A model generated the notes under the pieces. The model was not told the origin of the DNA and ran no database searches. It was given only the letters and a program-made list of their open reading frames with translations. This document shows positions 10,397 to 19,771 of a stretch of 64,000 nucleotides of DNA, piece after piece. Every line of letters begins with the position of its first letter. The first letter of the stretch is position 1. Source of the DNA: Pyrodictiaceae archaeon. GTDB lineage: Archaea > Thermoproteota > Thermoprotei_A > Sulfolobales > Pyrodictiaceae. The position numbers were made by a program, and so were the translations under genes. The stretch covers positions 64,001-128,000 of the forward strand of contig JALVSY010000016.1 of the NCBI GenBank assembly GCA_027036135.1, written 5' to 3'.

Positions 10397-10879
10397 GTGG
10401 ATGGCTTCCTCGTGACCTTGGAGACGCTTGCCACCTGGGCCCTGGACACGTGCCGCGACAAGGGGGTAGTGTGTGCTGCTAAGCTCTTCCGCGAAGTCCT
10501 TGGAGACGAGTGTGTTGAGAGGGAGTTGGCGAGGCTCGCGCCCCACAAGGGGCTAGTGTCTAGCCTGGTGCCGGGGAACCCCCGGTTCCGGAAACTAGCA
10601 GTGCTCCTAGACCACCTGCTCAAGAAACTAGAGAATGTCTCCACGGCGCTTCTCAGGAGCCGGGAGCTATTACCAGTAGCGAGGGCCCCACTCTTCCTCA
10701 TAGAGCACGCCCAGGAAACACATATGCCGATACAGGTAGCAGAGCCACTGGAGCCCCAAGGAGCTAGGGAGCACCGAGAACCAAGCATAATCGAGATAAT
10801 AAAGCCCCGCAAAAAGCCACGAATAATAGAAGAGAAACACAAGCAAAGAGACAACGACATAGAATGGGTAGAACTATAG
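10397..10879 (+). pseudogene. Hypothetical protein, probable 5'-truncated fragment
   Basis: GC-rich, host-like ORF. The frame stays coding-like upstream (...WCCGLDPVIARRARLVCSELETKYT) up to an in-frame TAG near 10320, with no clear start. Confidence 0.45.
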
Positions 10880-12159
10880 TTCTTAACCGTATATTGGAAC
10901 TGGGTCCTAGTTTTTGAGGCAATTCTAGGTACCGTTGGCCAAGTTTTACGAGACCAACTATGGTATCGAGGCTTATAGGCTTATATCTTGTAAGCTCTAT
11001 TGATACGTTGATTGTGCGTTGTTCAGGATTTATTAACGGATAATGACGGAGATCATTATTATGTTTATGGCCGTGTATGAGCCAGCAACCCGGCGGTGGT
11101 GTTGACGGCTTATGTTGTAATATTAAAGCATATTCCTGCGTATTTCATCACTAAGCGGTCGCAGCAAGCATAATTTCTGTCATGGTTTCCGCGTATGAGT
11201 ATCTTTTTGCCATTAAGAATTCTTAAGTATCTCTTCACGTCTCTCCTCCTAAATGCCAGGTCGCCGACTATGTATACGGTGTCGTTTGGTGCTATAATAG
11301 TATTCCAATTATGTATAAGAATTTTGTCCATTTCCTTGGAGTTGAGGAAAGGTCTGGCTGTGTATTTTATGATATTCTCATGTCCCAGGTGGAGATCAGC
11401 TGTAACCCATACTCTTTTTAATCCTTGGCGCGATTGTGGTATTTGACTGTCTACTTCGATGCCCCGAGTTTTGCAATAAACCGTTAAGTCGGCTGCATAC
11501 GTTTTCTCGCTTAGTGCCTCTTTGCGGGTAAGTATCCTGCGTAATATATGGTCATACTCATAGACTATTTTGCCCCTATACAACAGGGTTATTCTCCAAA
11601 CCTCTGATGGTAAGAAGAAACTAAATCCTAGAGCTCTATGTCGCGATATGCTTTCTTGAGGTAAACGGCCTAGCGCTATAGTCGCGTGAAACCAGAACTT
11701 AGAACAATTGTTAAGCCCCTGCGACCTTGAGGACTCCTCTATCAAAGGCTTAATAGCCTCATATACTTCTTTCCGGAGTTTTCTAAGCTCTAAGCTAGGC
11801 TCTATGTTGAATACAAGTACATGGCCTGGGCCTTGCTCCCGCTTCCTTAGCGCTACGCCATCATAATAGAAAGTAACTCTTTCATAATTTTCCGCTACTC
11901 TTGCTACAGTCTGAATCAGACTTAATGGAGCTACACTGCGTTTTAATTCAAAGTTATAGATTAGTGTTATATGAGGTACTTTCATTAAGTATCTGCGCGG
12001 TATTCTCAGCTTCTCAGCTACCTTCTTCGCGCGAAGTCTCAATAGTTTTTTCTCAAGAATAGGTCTTATCTCAAGTAACCACTTGTAACCCTTAGGATGC
12101 TGGATCTTCTTGCCTTTTCTGTGAAACCGTGCTAAAAGACGATGAAGTAAGTCCAGCAT
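10764..12159 (-). pseudogene. 2H-phosphoesterase (LigT-like) fused to calcineurin-like metallophosphoesterase, one frameshift
   Basis: Two HxT motifs (PHITL, FHATI), then ADLHLGH, VGD, GNHD. An extra A at ~11124 moves the last motifs (ILQHKP...WLIHGHKH...INVSIELTRYKPISLDTI) to another frame, which is open to TAG at 10766-10764. Confidence 0.8.
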
Positions 12160-12439
12160 GCTAGTCTCCCGTTATTCCAAGGCTATTCACTAGATACTAA
12201 TGCAGACAAATAACTTATATATAATGCTCAGCTGCCTTTCAGTAACTATAGCATCTTGTATTTTAATCTAACAGACTTAAGAACTACAACAATGGAGCCT
12301 TTCCATAACTCATTAAAGTATATATGGATATACTCGTTTAGATAATTAATGATACGGTGTCTTTTTTTGTATACTTTTTTACAATGCTTAGTTTTAAAGG
12401 CAATGATTTAACCGATACAAGCTCTAGGGTTAGTTAGTC

Positions 12440-13636
12440 GTGTCTCGGGTTCTTTTCTTGTCGTCTCATGTTGGGTTGGGGCATGTTGCTAGGGATTATG
12501 CTGTCTCCGTTGTTCTTCGGGGGCTTGTCCCGGGTGTTGAGCTGGATTGGTGTAGTGCTGAGCCTGTGAATTCTTTCTTGGATGCTCTCGGGGAGCGTGT
12601 TGTGCCGGATTGTAGGGGGTTGGAGAGCTTTTCCAGGGTTATTGAGGATCTTTATAATGGGCGTATTGGGGGGTTGAGGGAGCTTGGTTCTAGGCTCGGG
12701 GTTCTTCGCCGTAACTGGGAGGTAGTACGTGGTGTCCTGGAAAGTGGTAGGTATGACTTGGTGTTTGCTGATGAGTTCTGGGAGGTTGTGTATGCTGCCC
12801 CGGCTGAGATTAAGGAGGGTATAGTTTTTGGCACTGATATAGTGCATAAGCGGTACTCGTTTAACCCCTTGGACTCGTTTATTAGCTTCGTTCTTAACCG
12901 GTACTTTAAGCGGGTCCTGCCCGGATTCGGCTCTCTCTTATTCCTCAACGATCCCGAGACTCTCGGTGATGCTCGCTGGTACCCGTTGCTGGGTAGACGT
13001 GTCCGCGACTGGGTTGAGGAGCACATGTTTGTCGCGGGGCTTGTTACTAGCTTTGCTCCCGGCGAGGTCCCGGCCCGGTGTGTGGCCCGCGAGAAGCTGG
13101 GCATTGACTGCGACGAGTTCCTCGTGGTAGTTAGTGTTGGTGGTACCTCTACTCGTAGCGAGGCATTGCTGAGCTGCATAGATGCTGCCGCGGAGCACGT
13201 GGTCCGTGTACTAGGGGAGAGGCTTGCTAAACGGGTACGGGTAGTCGCGTTGCCGGGGCCAAGGACGATGTGGGAGCCGAGAAGCGGCTATGTTGAGGCA
13301 CGCGTGGGTGTTGTTCCTAGGCTTCTTGACTACTATGCTGCAGCTGACCTATTCGTGACACGGGCTGGTAGGACCACTACAGCTGATCTCCTATGCCTCG
13401 GGAAGCCCGCGGTTCTTATCCCGATAAGGAAGCACTTCGAGCAAGAAGACATAGCTCGAGACCTCAACGAGAGGTATGGGTACCCAGTTATCCGGGAAGA
13501 TGATTGCAGCGCCGAGAAACTGGTAGCAGGCATACTTGAAGCTATTAGGAGAAGCTACAGTGCTCCAAGAGAGCTGTGCAGGGGCGTGGAGAGGACGGCT
13601 CGCTTCCTAGCAGGGAAGCTAAACGCAGAGACCTAG
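12440..13636 (+). CDS. GT-B glycosyltransferase, family 28-like
   Basis: GLGHVARD N-terminal motif; VVSVGG; ADLFVTRAGRTT..D...GKPAVLIP...HFEQ. Confidence 0.85.
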   Translation: MSRVLFLSSHVGLGHVARDYAVSVVLRGLVPGVELDWCSAEPVNSFLDALGERVVPDCRGLESFSRVIEDLYNGRIGGLRELGSRLGVLRRNWEVVRGVLESGRYDLVFADEFWEVVYAAPAEIKEGIVFGTDIVHKRYSFNPLDSFISFVLNRYFKRVLPGFGSLLFLNDPETLGDARWYPLLGRRVRDWVEEHMFVAGLVTSFAPGEVPARCVAREKLGIDCDEFLVVVSVGGTSTRSEALLSCIDAAAEHVVRVLGERLAKRVRVVALPGPRTMWEPRSGYVEARVGVVPRLLDYYAAADLFVTRAGRTTTADLLCLGKPAVLIPIRKHFEQEDIARDLNERYGYPVIREDDCSAEKLVAGILEAIRRSYSAPRELCRGVERTARFLAGKLNAET

Positions 13637-13660
13637 GCTCATCGTCATCCCCGTCTATCA

Positions 13661-14365
13661 ATGCTGTTGCGGGGTGATGGGGACTCGTTGGAGATAACGG
13701 CTCCCATAATTACTGCTGCGAGCCTTGTTGCGCTACCCCTAGCCAACAAGGTAAAGATGAAGAATAAATTCGGCTTCCTTGCCGCGTTCATGGCTGTGCT
13801 TCTCGGCCAGCTCGTGCTCTGGGTGCTGAGGCCAACAGGGCTGGTGGTTCTCTTCCCCTGGGAGTACCCGTTCCTATACACCATGGCAGCCTGGGCTCTG
13901 TTCAGCACCGTGAAGGCATCGGCTACAAGTATTGCTCTAAGGCATCATCGTGTTCTAGGGCTGTGGTTACTCGTACTAGCATTGTTCCAACCCATGGCCT
14001 CGGCGATAAACGCTGCCACGACGCCTTCTCCCCGTAGTGCCCTACTCATGGTCGGCAATGAGTCCCTGGAAGCCATTGTAGCTGATACTGGGTTGAGGGC
14101 TCAGTGCGGGTACTATTGCTGGCCTCGTGCAGCTGCTCTAGTCTTTACTAGTGTTCCGGAGGGCTATCACTGGGTGACAATGATTGGGATAAATAAGCCT
14201 CTCTTGCTCCTAGTTATAGTTAACAACACTATTGCAGAGACCCGGCTCTTGTCGCCGTGGAGGATATATCGGGTATGGATTCCCCGTGGGGCAGTGATAG
14301 TAGAGACGGCCGATACAAGTCTCTCAGTAGTTAATGGTGCTTATGTAGCTTTGCGGTATCGATGA
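13661..14365 (+). CDS. Hypothetical membrane protein
   Basis: About four hydrophobic segments followed by a soluble C-terminal region; co-directional with its neighbours. Confidence 0.6.
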   Translation: MLLRGDGDSLEITAPIITAASLVALPLANKVKMKNKFGFLAAFMAVLLGQLVLWVLRPTGLVVLFPWEYPFLYTMAAWALFSTVKASATSIALRHHRVLGLWLLVLALFQPMASAINAATTPSPRSALLMVGNESLEAIVADTGLRAQCGYYCWPRAAALVFTSVPEGYHWVTMIGINKPLLLLVIVNNTIAETRLLSPWRIYRVWIPRGAVIVETADTSLSVVNGAYVALRYR

Positions 14366-14434
14366 GCGCTAGCTAAGGCGATACTTGTATAACTAAGAGG
14401 GGTACAAGTAAGTCTATGTCTTGGCTGCCCCAGG

Positions 14435-15361
14435 GTGACGCTAGCATATCTAGACAAGGTACTAGGAGTACTACGCAGTGTAGAGCCTCTCTACTTCTCC
14501 TACGCTGTGCTCCTCTACTTCGTTATGACTGCTCTCTATGCTCTCCGGCTCCAGATAATTCTCTTCCGGCTAGGTATAAGGATTAGCTTCTTTGACTCCT
14601 TTGTAGCTAATCAGCTAAGCGTAGCATTCAACAATCTCACCCCGAGTTTTCGCGTAGTAGGAGAGGGAGCTAGAGCGGGGTATGTCTACCTACGCGTGGG
14701 TGGTCGCCTTGTAGGCGTGTTGGCGGCGATCGTGTTTGATAAGATAGTTGAGGCACTCCCCCTGGTAGCACTAGCTGTAATCGTTCTACCAGAATCGCTT
14801 AGCACGACAAGTAGTGCTATCTATACCCTCCTAGCAATAGGCATAAGCATTGCTGGTATAGTGGTGGCTGTTCTCTACTGGGACAGGGTAGTCAACTGGC
14901 TGATAGAGAAGGCGAGAAAGAGGGGCTACCGCATAGAGGTCTCCGGGCTAGAACGTAGAGCCCTCGAGTCACTGATGAGGGATAAGCTCCTAGTAGCGGT
15001 AGGGATAGCGATAAGCTTTGCTGCATGGCTGGTGCTCGCGCTCCGTCTTTACCTAGTAGCCCTTTCCATAGGATGGGAGGTAAGATTCTATGATGCGGTT
15101 TTACTCACTGTAGCCTATACAGTGATAAGCATATTCACCATAACTCCGGGAGGCGTGGGCGTAATAGAAGCCTCGCTCACAGGCCTCTTCATGGCCCTTG
15201 GAGCCCCAGCTGACAAGGCTCTAGCAGCATCGCTTGTGGAGAGACTAATATCGTACGGAATAGGTACAGCAGTAGGCATAGTACTTGGCCTCGTCACTGG
15301 CGGCTGGGAGCTATGGAGACGGATGAGGAGGTGGCCAAGAGAGACTCGGGGGAAGAACTAA
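14435..15361 (+). CDS. UPF0104 / lysylphosphatidylglycerol-synthase TM (flippase-like) protein
   Basis: FNNLTPS...GE..R, FDKIVE, ITPGGVGVIE, LVERLISY; the usual first TM helix may be missing. Confidence 0.85.
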   Translation: MTLAYLDKVLGVLRSVEPLYFSYAVLLYFVMTALYALRLQIILFRLGIRISFFDSFVANQLSVAFNNLTPSFRVVGEGARAGYVYLRVGGRLVGVLAAIVFDKIVEALPLVALAVIVLPESLSTTSSAIYTLLAIGISIAGIVVAVLYWDRVVNWLIEKARKRGYRIEVSGLERRALESLMRDKLLVAVGIAISFAAWLVLALRLYLVALSIGWEVRFYDAVLLTVAYTVISIFTITPGGVGVIEASLTGLFMALGAPADKALAASLVERLISYGIGTAVGIVLGLVTGGWELWRRMRRWPRETRGKN

Positions 15362-15387
15362 GCTTATTTATGAACAGGTAGCCCACA

Positions 15388-18300
15388 TCATGTACCAAGA
15401 TAATAATCCCTGAGTTCTTTCGCCTCTAGGTCTCCGGGACTGAGCGAGGCGATTGCTTGGGCTAGTAGCTTTCCTAGCCATGAGTCTAGGACAAGTGGTG
15501 TATTGAAGTCGGCCCCTGCTCTCCGGATCTCGTAATCTCTTTGTGGCGCGTAGCCGGTAGTCACTATGAGGCCCACATGACCTCTCCTCACGAGGCGTAT
15601 AGCTTCGTGGTATCCTAGGCTAGCTAGGCCTCCTACCTCCATGCCGTCAATAGTGTAGGTCTTGTAGCCGGTGCTTGAGAAGAGCTTGGCGGCTTGCTCG
15701 AGAGCCTTGTCTCTTCTTCCGAGAGGATTGTAGACCAGGATTACCTGGTTTCTCCCGGGATACTCGTTGCCCTCGGCGCTGAGCCAGCTCTTCAGCAAAG
15801 CCTCCTCTAGCGTATAGCCGAGGGCTGCTACCTCGCCAGTACTCCTCATCTCGGGGCCTAGGCCAGGGTACGCTCCTCTCAGCCTCTTCCAGCTAAACTG
15901 CGGCGTCTTCACACCATAATAGTTCCTCGGTCTTAGTAGCTTAAACTCCTCGTCTAGGTCCAGGCTTCCCCGGAGGGATGCCTGGGCAGCTGCCTTCGCG
16001 AGATTGTAGCCGGTCACCTTGCTCGTGAACGGCATTGATCTGCTTGCTCTTAGATTGAGTTCGATAACGTAGAGGTCCCCGCCCTTTACGAGGAACTGTA
16101 TATTGAATGGCCCCTTTATCCCCAATACCTCGTTGAGCGTAGCAGCTATCTTGGTCATCTCTCTCACTGTTGACTCGCTTAGCCTGAACCATGGGAGAAC
16201 CATTGTTGAGTCCCCGCTGTGTACGCCGCCAGGCTCTACGTGCTCGATCACGGCCCCGGCAGCTGTCTTCCCATCCCCTACGGCGTCTATTTCCGCCTCA
16301 ACAGCGTCCTCGATAACCTTGGAGACAACCACGGGGTAGCGCGGCGAGATCTTAGTCGCCCTGGCCAGGTATTCTCTGAGCTCGCTCGCCGAGTACGCTA
16401 TGTTCATAGCTGCCCCGCTTAGCACGTAGCTTGGGCGCACGAGAACGGGGTAACCATACTCCTCGGTGAATCTTAGTGCATCATTGATGCTTGTTGCAGC
16501 TATCCAGGGGGGCTGCCTAATACCCAGCTCCTCGAGTAGCTGGGAGAACAGTGCCCGGTTCTCGGCTCTGTGTACGCTCTCTCCCCCCGTGCCTAGTAGC
16601 CTTACCCCTAGCTCCTCTAGCCGCTTAGCAATATTGTTCGATAACTGGCCCCCGAGGAACGCTACAACGCCTACTGGTTTCTCCGCCTCATATATATCCA
16701 GGATGCGCTCCGCGCTTATCTCCTCGAAGTAGAGCTTATCATTAACGTCCCAGTCCGTGGAGACAGTCTCAGGGTTATAGTTGAGCACTATTACTCGGTA
16801 CCCTAGCTTCCTAGCCTCCTCCGAGAACGTTGTCACAGCCCAATCAAACTCAACCGACACACCTATACGGAAGACACCAGCGCCGAGAACCAGTATCTTG
16901 TCCCCATTATCGCCTAGGGCCTCGTCGTCGAACGCGTTATACGTTGTGTAGAGATAGTTTGTCTCCGCAGGCCACTCAGCTGCAAGTGTGTCGATCTTGC
17001 GTACCCGGGCCCTACCAGTTATTCTCCTCCTAAACTCCCTGACGGCGTCCTCGCTGAGACCGGTGAGTAGGGCTATTTGCTCATCACTGAAACCAAGCCG
17101 CTTAGCCTCTGCAACGAGTTCTTCGAAACCAGGGCTGTTTGGCCCCCTTCCCCTTAGCTCCTCCGCTAGCTCAACGACTCGCTTAATCTCATAGATGAAG
17201 TACTTATCAATACCCGTTGCCTCGTAAATCTCGTCGGGGCTTGCTCCTAGCCGTAGCGCCTTGGCTGCGTAGAGGGGCCAGTAGGGCTCCCTCCGCCTCA
17301 GCTTCTCCATAACATCCTCTAGGCTCCCGGGTTCCTCGTAGCTGGGTCCTGCGACGAGTCCTGGCTCGCCTATGTCTAGCATCCTCACTGCCTTCTGGAG
17401 TGCCTCGGCAACGTTCCTACCAATAGCCATTACCTCGCCTATGCTTTTCATCTCACTCCCAATACTCTTATTGGCTCCCTCGAATTTTTGGAGATCCCAG
17501 CGAGGCATCTTAACAGCCACGTAGTCGAGGCTGGGCTCGAAGCATGCGCGTGTCTTTCTAGTTACACGGTTTAATAGCTCGTCTAGGCGGTAACCAAGCG
17601 CGAGCTTAGCCGCGATATAGGCCAGTGGGTACCCAGTGGCTTTGCTTGCCAATGCGCTGCTCCTGCTCATCCGGGGATTGGTCTCTATTACGTAGTATTC
17701 CCAGCTATTCCTCGGATTGAGAGCTAGCTGTACATTACACTCGCCGACGAGGCCTATTGCCTCCGCGACGCGAAGCGAGGCTTCCCGGAGCAACTGGTAC
17801 TCCTGGTCAACAAGCGTCTGGCAAGGAGCAATAACCACAGAGTCCCCGGTATGCACGCCCATTGGGTCAAGGTTCTCGAGACAAGCAACGGCGACTGAGT
17901 TGCCATACTGATCCCTAACGACCTCGAACTCTATCTCCTTCCAATGATGCAGGTACCTCTCAACAAGAACCTCTCTTATACCGCTAGATGCGAATGCCTT
18001 GTCTATGCGCTCTCTTAGCTCGTCCTCGTTCCACGCGACAAAGCTCCCACCACCACCTAGGTTGAAGCTAACCCTAACTATCACTGGGTACCCGATACTC
18101 TGGGCAACAGCGATCGCTTCCCCGGGGCTGCGGGCAGCCCTACTAGGGGGTATGGGTAGTCCATGCTTCTCCATCGTCTCTCTGAACAATGCCCGGCTAA
18201 GAGCAGCCTCGATACCCTCGATAGGTGTACCTAGGACGCGGACGCCGTAGCGTCTGAGTATTCCTCGCTTGTAGAGCTCCACCCCGAGGCTGAGGGCTGT

Positions 18301-18579
18301 CTGGCCACCAAACCCGAGGAGTATCCCGTCCGGTCTCTCCCTCTCTATGACCTTCTCGAGGAACCAGGGCTTAAGGGGGCCTAGGTATACGTGGTCAGCC
18401 AGCCTATAGCTCGTTTGGATCGTGGCCACGTTTGGGTTAACGAGCACGGTCTCGATGCCTTCTTCCCTTAGGGCTCTTAGCGCCTGGCTCCCGCTATAGT
18501 CAAACTCCGCTGCCTCAGCTATCTTTATGGAGCCGCTTCCAAGCACCAATACCTTTCTCACATCTATACTCCTCGGCAA
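15388..18579 (-). CDS. carB: Carbamoyl-phosphate synthase large subunit
   Basis: AAEFDYSGSQA, NPNVATIQT, GVHTGDS, ETNPRMSRSSALASKATGYP, NPETVSTD, RPSYVLSG. Confidence 0.98.
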   Translation of the reverse strand: MPRSIDVRKVLVLGSGSIKIAEAAEFDYSGSQALRALREEGIETVLVNPNVATIQTSYRLADHVYLGPLKPWFLEKVIERERPDGILLGFGGQTALSLGVELYKRGILRRYGVRVLGTPIEGIEAALSRALFRETMEKHGLPIPPSRAARSPGEAIAVAQSIGYPVIVRVSFNLGGGGSFVAWNEDELRERIDKAFASSGIREVLVERYLHHWKEIEFEVVRDQYGNSVAVACLENLDPMGVHTGDSVVIAPCQTLVDQEYQLLREASLRVAEAIGLVGECNVQLALNPRNSWEYYVIETNPRMSRSSALASKATGYPLAYIAAKLALGYRLDELLNRVTRKTRACFEPSLDYVAVKMPRWDLQKFEGANKSIGSEMKSIGEVMAIGRNVAEALQKAVRMLDIGEPGLVAGPSYEEPGSLEDVMEKLRRREPYWPLYAAKALRLGASPDEIYEATGIDKYFIYEIKRVVELAEELRGRGPNSPGFEELVAEAKRLGFSDEQIALLTGLSEDAVREFRRRITGRARVRKIDTLAAEWPAETNYLYTTYNAFDDEALGDNGDKILVLGAGVFRIGVSVEFDWAVTTFSEEARKLGYRVIVLNYNPETVSTDWDVNDKLYFEEISAERILDIYEAEKPVGVVAFLGGQLSNNIAKRLEELGVRLLGTGGESVHRAENRALFSQLLEELGIRQPPWIAATSINDALRFTEEYGYPVLVRPSYVLSGAAMNIAYSASELREYLARATKISPRYPVVVSKVIEDAVEAEIDAVGDGKTAAGAVIEHVEPGGVHSGDSTMVLPWFRLSESTVREMTKIAATLNEVLGIKGPFNIQFLVKGGDLYVIELNLRASRSMPFTSKVTGYNLAKAAAQASLRGSLDLDEEFKLLRPRNYYGVKTPQFSWKRLRGAYPGLGPEMRSTGEVAALGYTLEEALLKSWLSAEGNEYPGRNQVILVYNPLGRRDKALEQAAKLFSSTGYKTYTIDGMEVGGLASLGYHEAIRLVRRGHVGLIVTTGYAPQRDYEIRRAGADFNTPLVLDSWLGKLLAQAIASLSPGDLEAKELRDYYLGT

Positions 18580-18586
18580 CTCCTCT

Positions 18587-19771
18587 TCACCGGTTCTTCG
18601 ACTCTTCTATGAGCTTAAGGAACTCGTCAAATACCCATGTGGAGTCCCAGGGCCCGGGCCCAGCCTCGGGGTGGAACTGCGTAGCTAGGACGAGTCCATC
18701 CCTTGACCTAACACCCTCGAGAGTCTTATCGTCGGGCTGTATGAACCATGGGACTAGCCCAGTACCCTCTAGGCTCTCGGGATCAATCGCGTAGCCATGA
18801 TTATGGGTGGTTATGTAGCACCTCCCAGTGCCCAGCTCTACTACGGGCTTATTGACCCCGCGGTGTCCATAGGGCAGCTTATATGCTCTAGCACCTAGGC
18901 CTATGCTGAGAAGCTGCATTCCAAGACAAATAGCTAGGACAGGCTTACCGCTGGTAGCTACATGTGCAGCTACCTCGGCTTGGCTTCGCAGCAAAGAGGG
19001 ATTGCCAGGCCCATTGCTTAGTACAACCCCGTCATAGTCCTCTAAGAACTCGTCCGCGGAAGCGGTGCACGGGTACCTCGTGACGCTAATGCCTCTTTCT
19101 AGAAGCCTTCTCAGAATACCATACTTTACCCCACAATCGAGCATCGATACCCTTGCCCTTATCTCGCCAGGCGGATTATGCGTTATGGGCTTCTTTGGCG
19201 AAACTTCTAATGCAAAGACTTTCTCATCGTAGTTTTTGCTCTCCGCAAGTATTCTTGCCAGCTCACTCCACTCGATGGGTTCATTGCAGGGAAACGTTGC
19301 TAGGACTGCCATGAGGACGCCGTGTTCGCGAAGAATTCTTACAAGCAGCCTAGTATCGATACGGTAGATGCCTGGCACATTTTCTTCTCGGAGCCACTCG
19401 TCGAGGCTCATAACCGAGGCATAGTGGCTCGGTGTCGGTAGCTCGGCTGCAACGAAGCCCTCCACTTGGATCCGGTCAGACTCGTAGTCTAGTGGTATAC
19501 CAGCGTATCTCCGAGAAGGACTAGGCACGCCATAATTCCCTATCATTGGGTGGGTCTCTACGAGTATCTGGCCCCGGTAACTGGGATCAGTTAAGCTCTC
19601 CGGATAACCAGTCATAGCTGTAGTGAAAACAGCCTCCCCGACGGCGATGCCTTGTGCGCCGAAGCCGCAGCCCTCGAAGCCAAGCCCGTTGGCTAGGAGG
19701 AGGCGGGCGCAGAGGCCACGTGGACAGCGAAGGAATGGGTACCGATAGATCCTTTCTAGGCCTTGATACAA
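18587..19771 (-). CDS. carA: Carbamoyl-phosphate synthase small subunit
   Basis: TDPSYRGQI, LSNGPGNP, ICLGMQ, HNHGY, QFHPE. Confidence 0.97.
   Translation of the reverse strand: MYQGLERIYRYPFLRCPRGLCARLLLANGLGFEGCGFGAQGIAVGEAVFTTAMTGYPESLTDPSYRGQILVETHPMIGNYGVPSPSRRYAGIPLDYESDRIQVEGFVAAELPTPSHYASVMSLDEWLREENVPGIYRIDTRLLVRILREHGVLMAVLATFPCNEPIEWSELARILAESKNYDEKVFALEVSPKKPITHNPPGEIRARVSMLDCGVKYGILRRLLERGISVTRYPCTASADEFLEDYDGVVLSNGPGNPSLLRSQAEVAAHVATSGKPVLAICLGMQLLSIGLGARAYKLPYGHRGVNKPVVELGTGRCYITTHNHGYAIDPESLEGTGLVPWFIQPDDKTLEGVRSRDGLVLATQFHPEAGPGPWDSTWVFDEFLKLIEESKNR

Noticed and set aside
10870-10883. 14-bp palindrome AGAACTATAGTTCT where two convergent genes meet
   Set aside because: A few palindromes with 7-bp arms are expected by chance in 64 kb.
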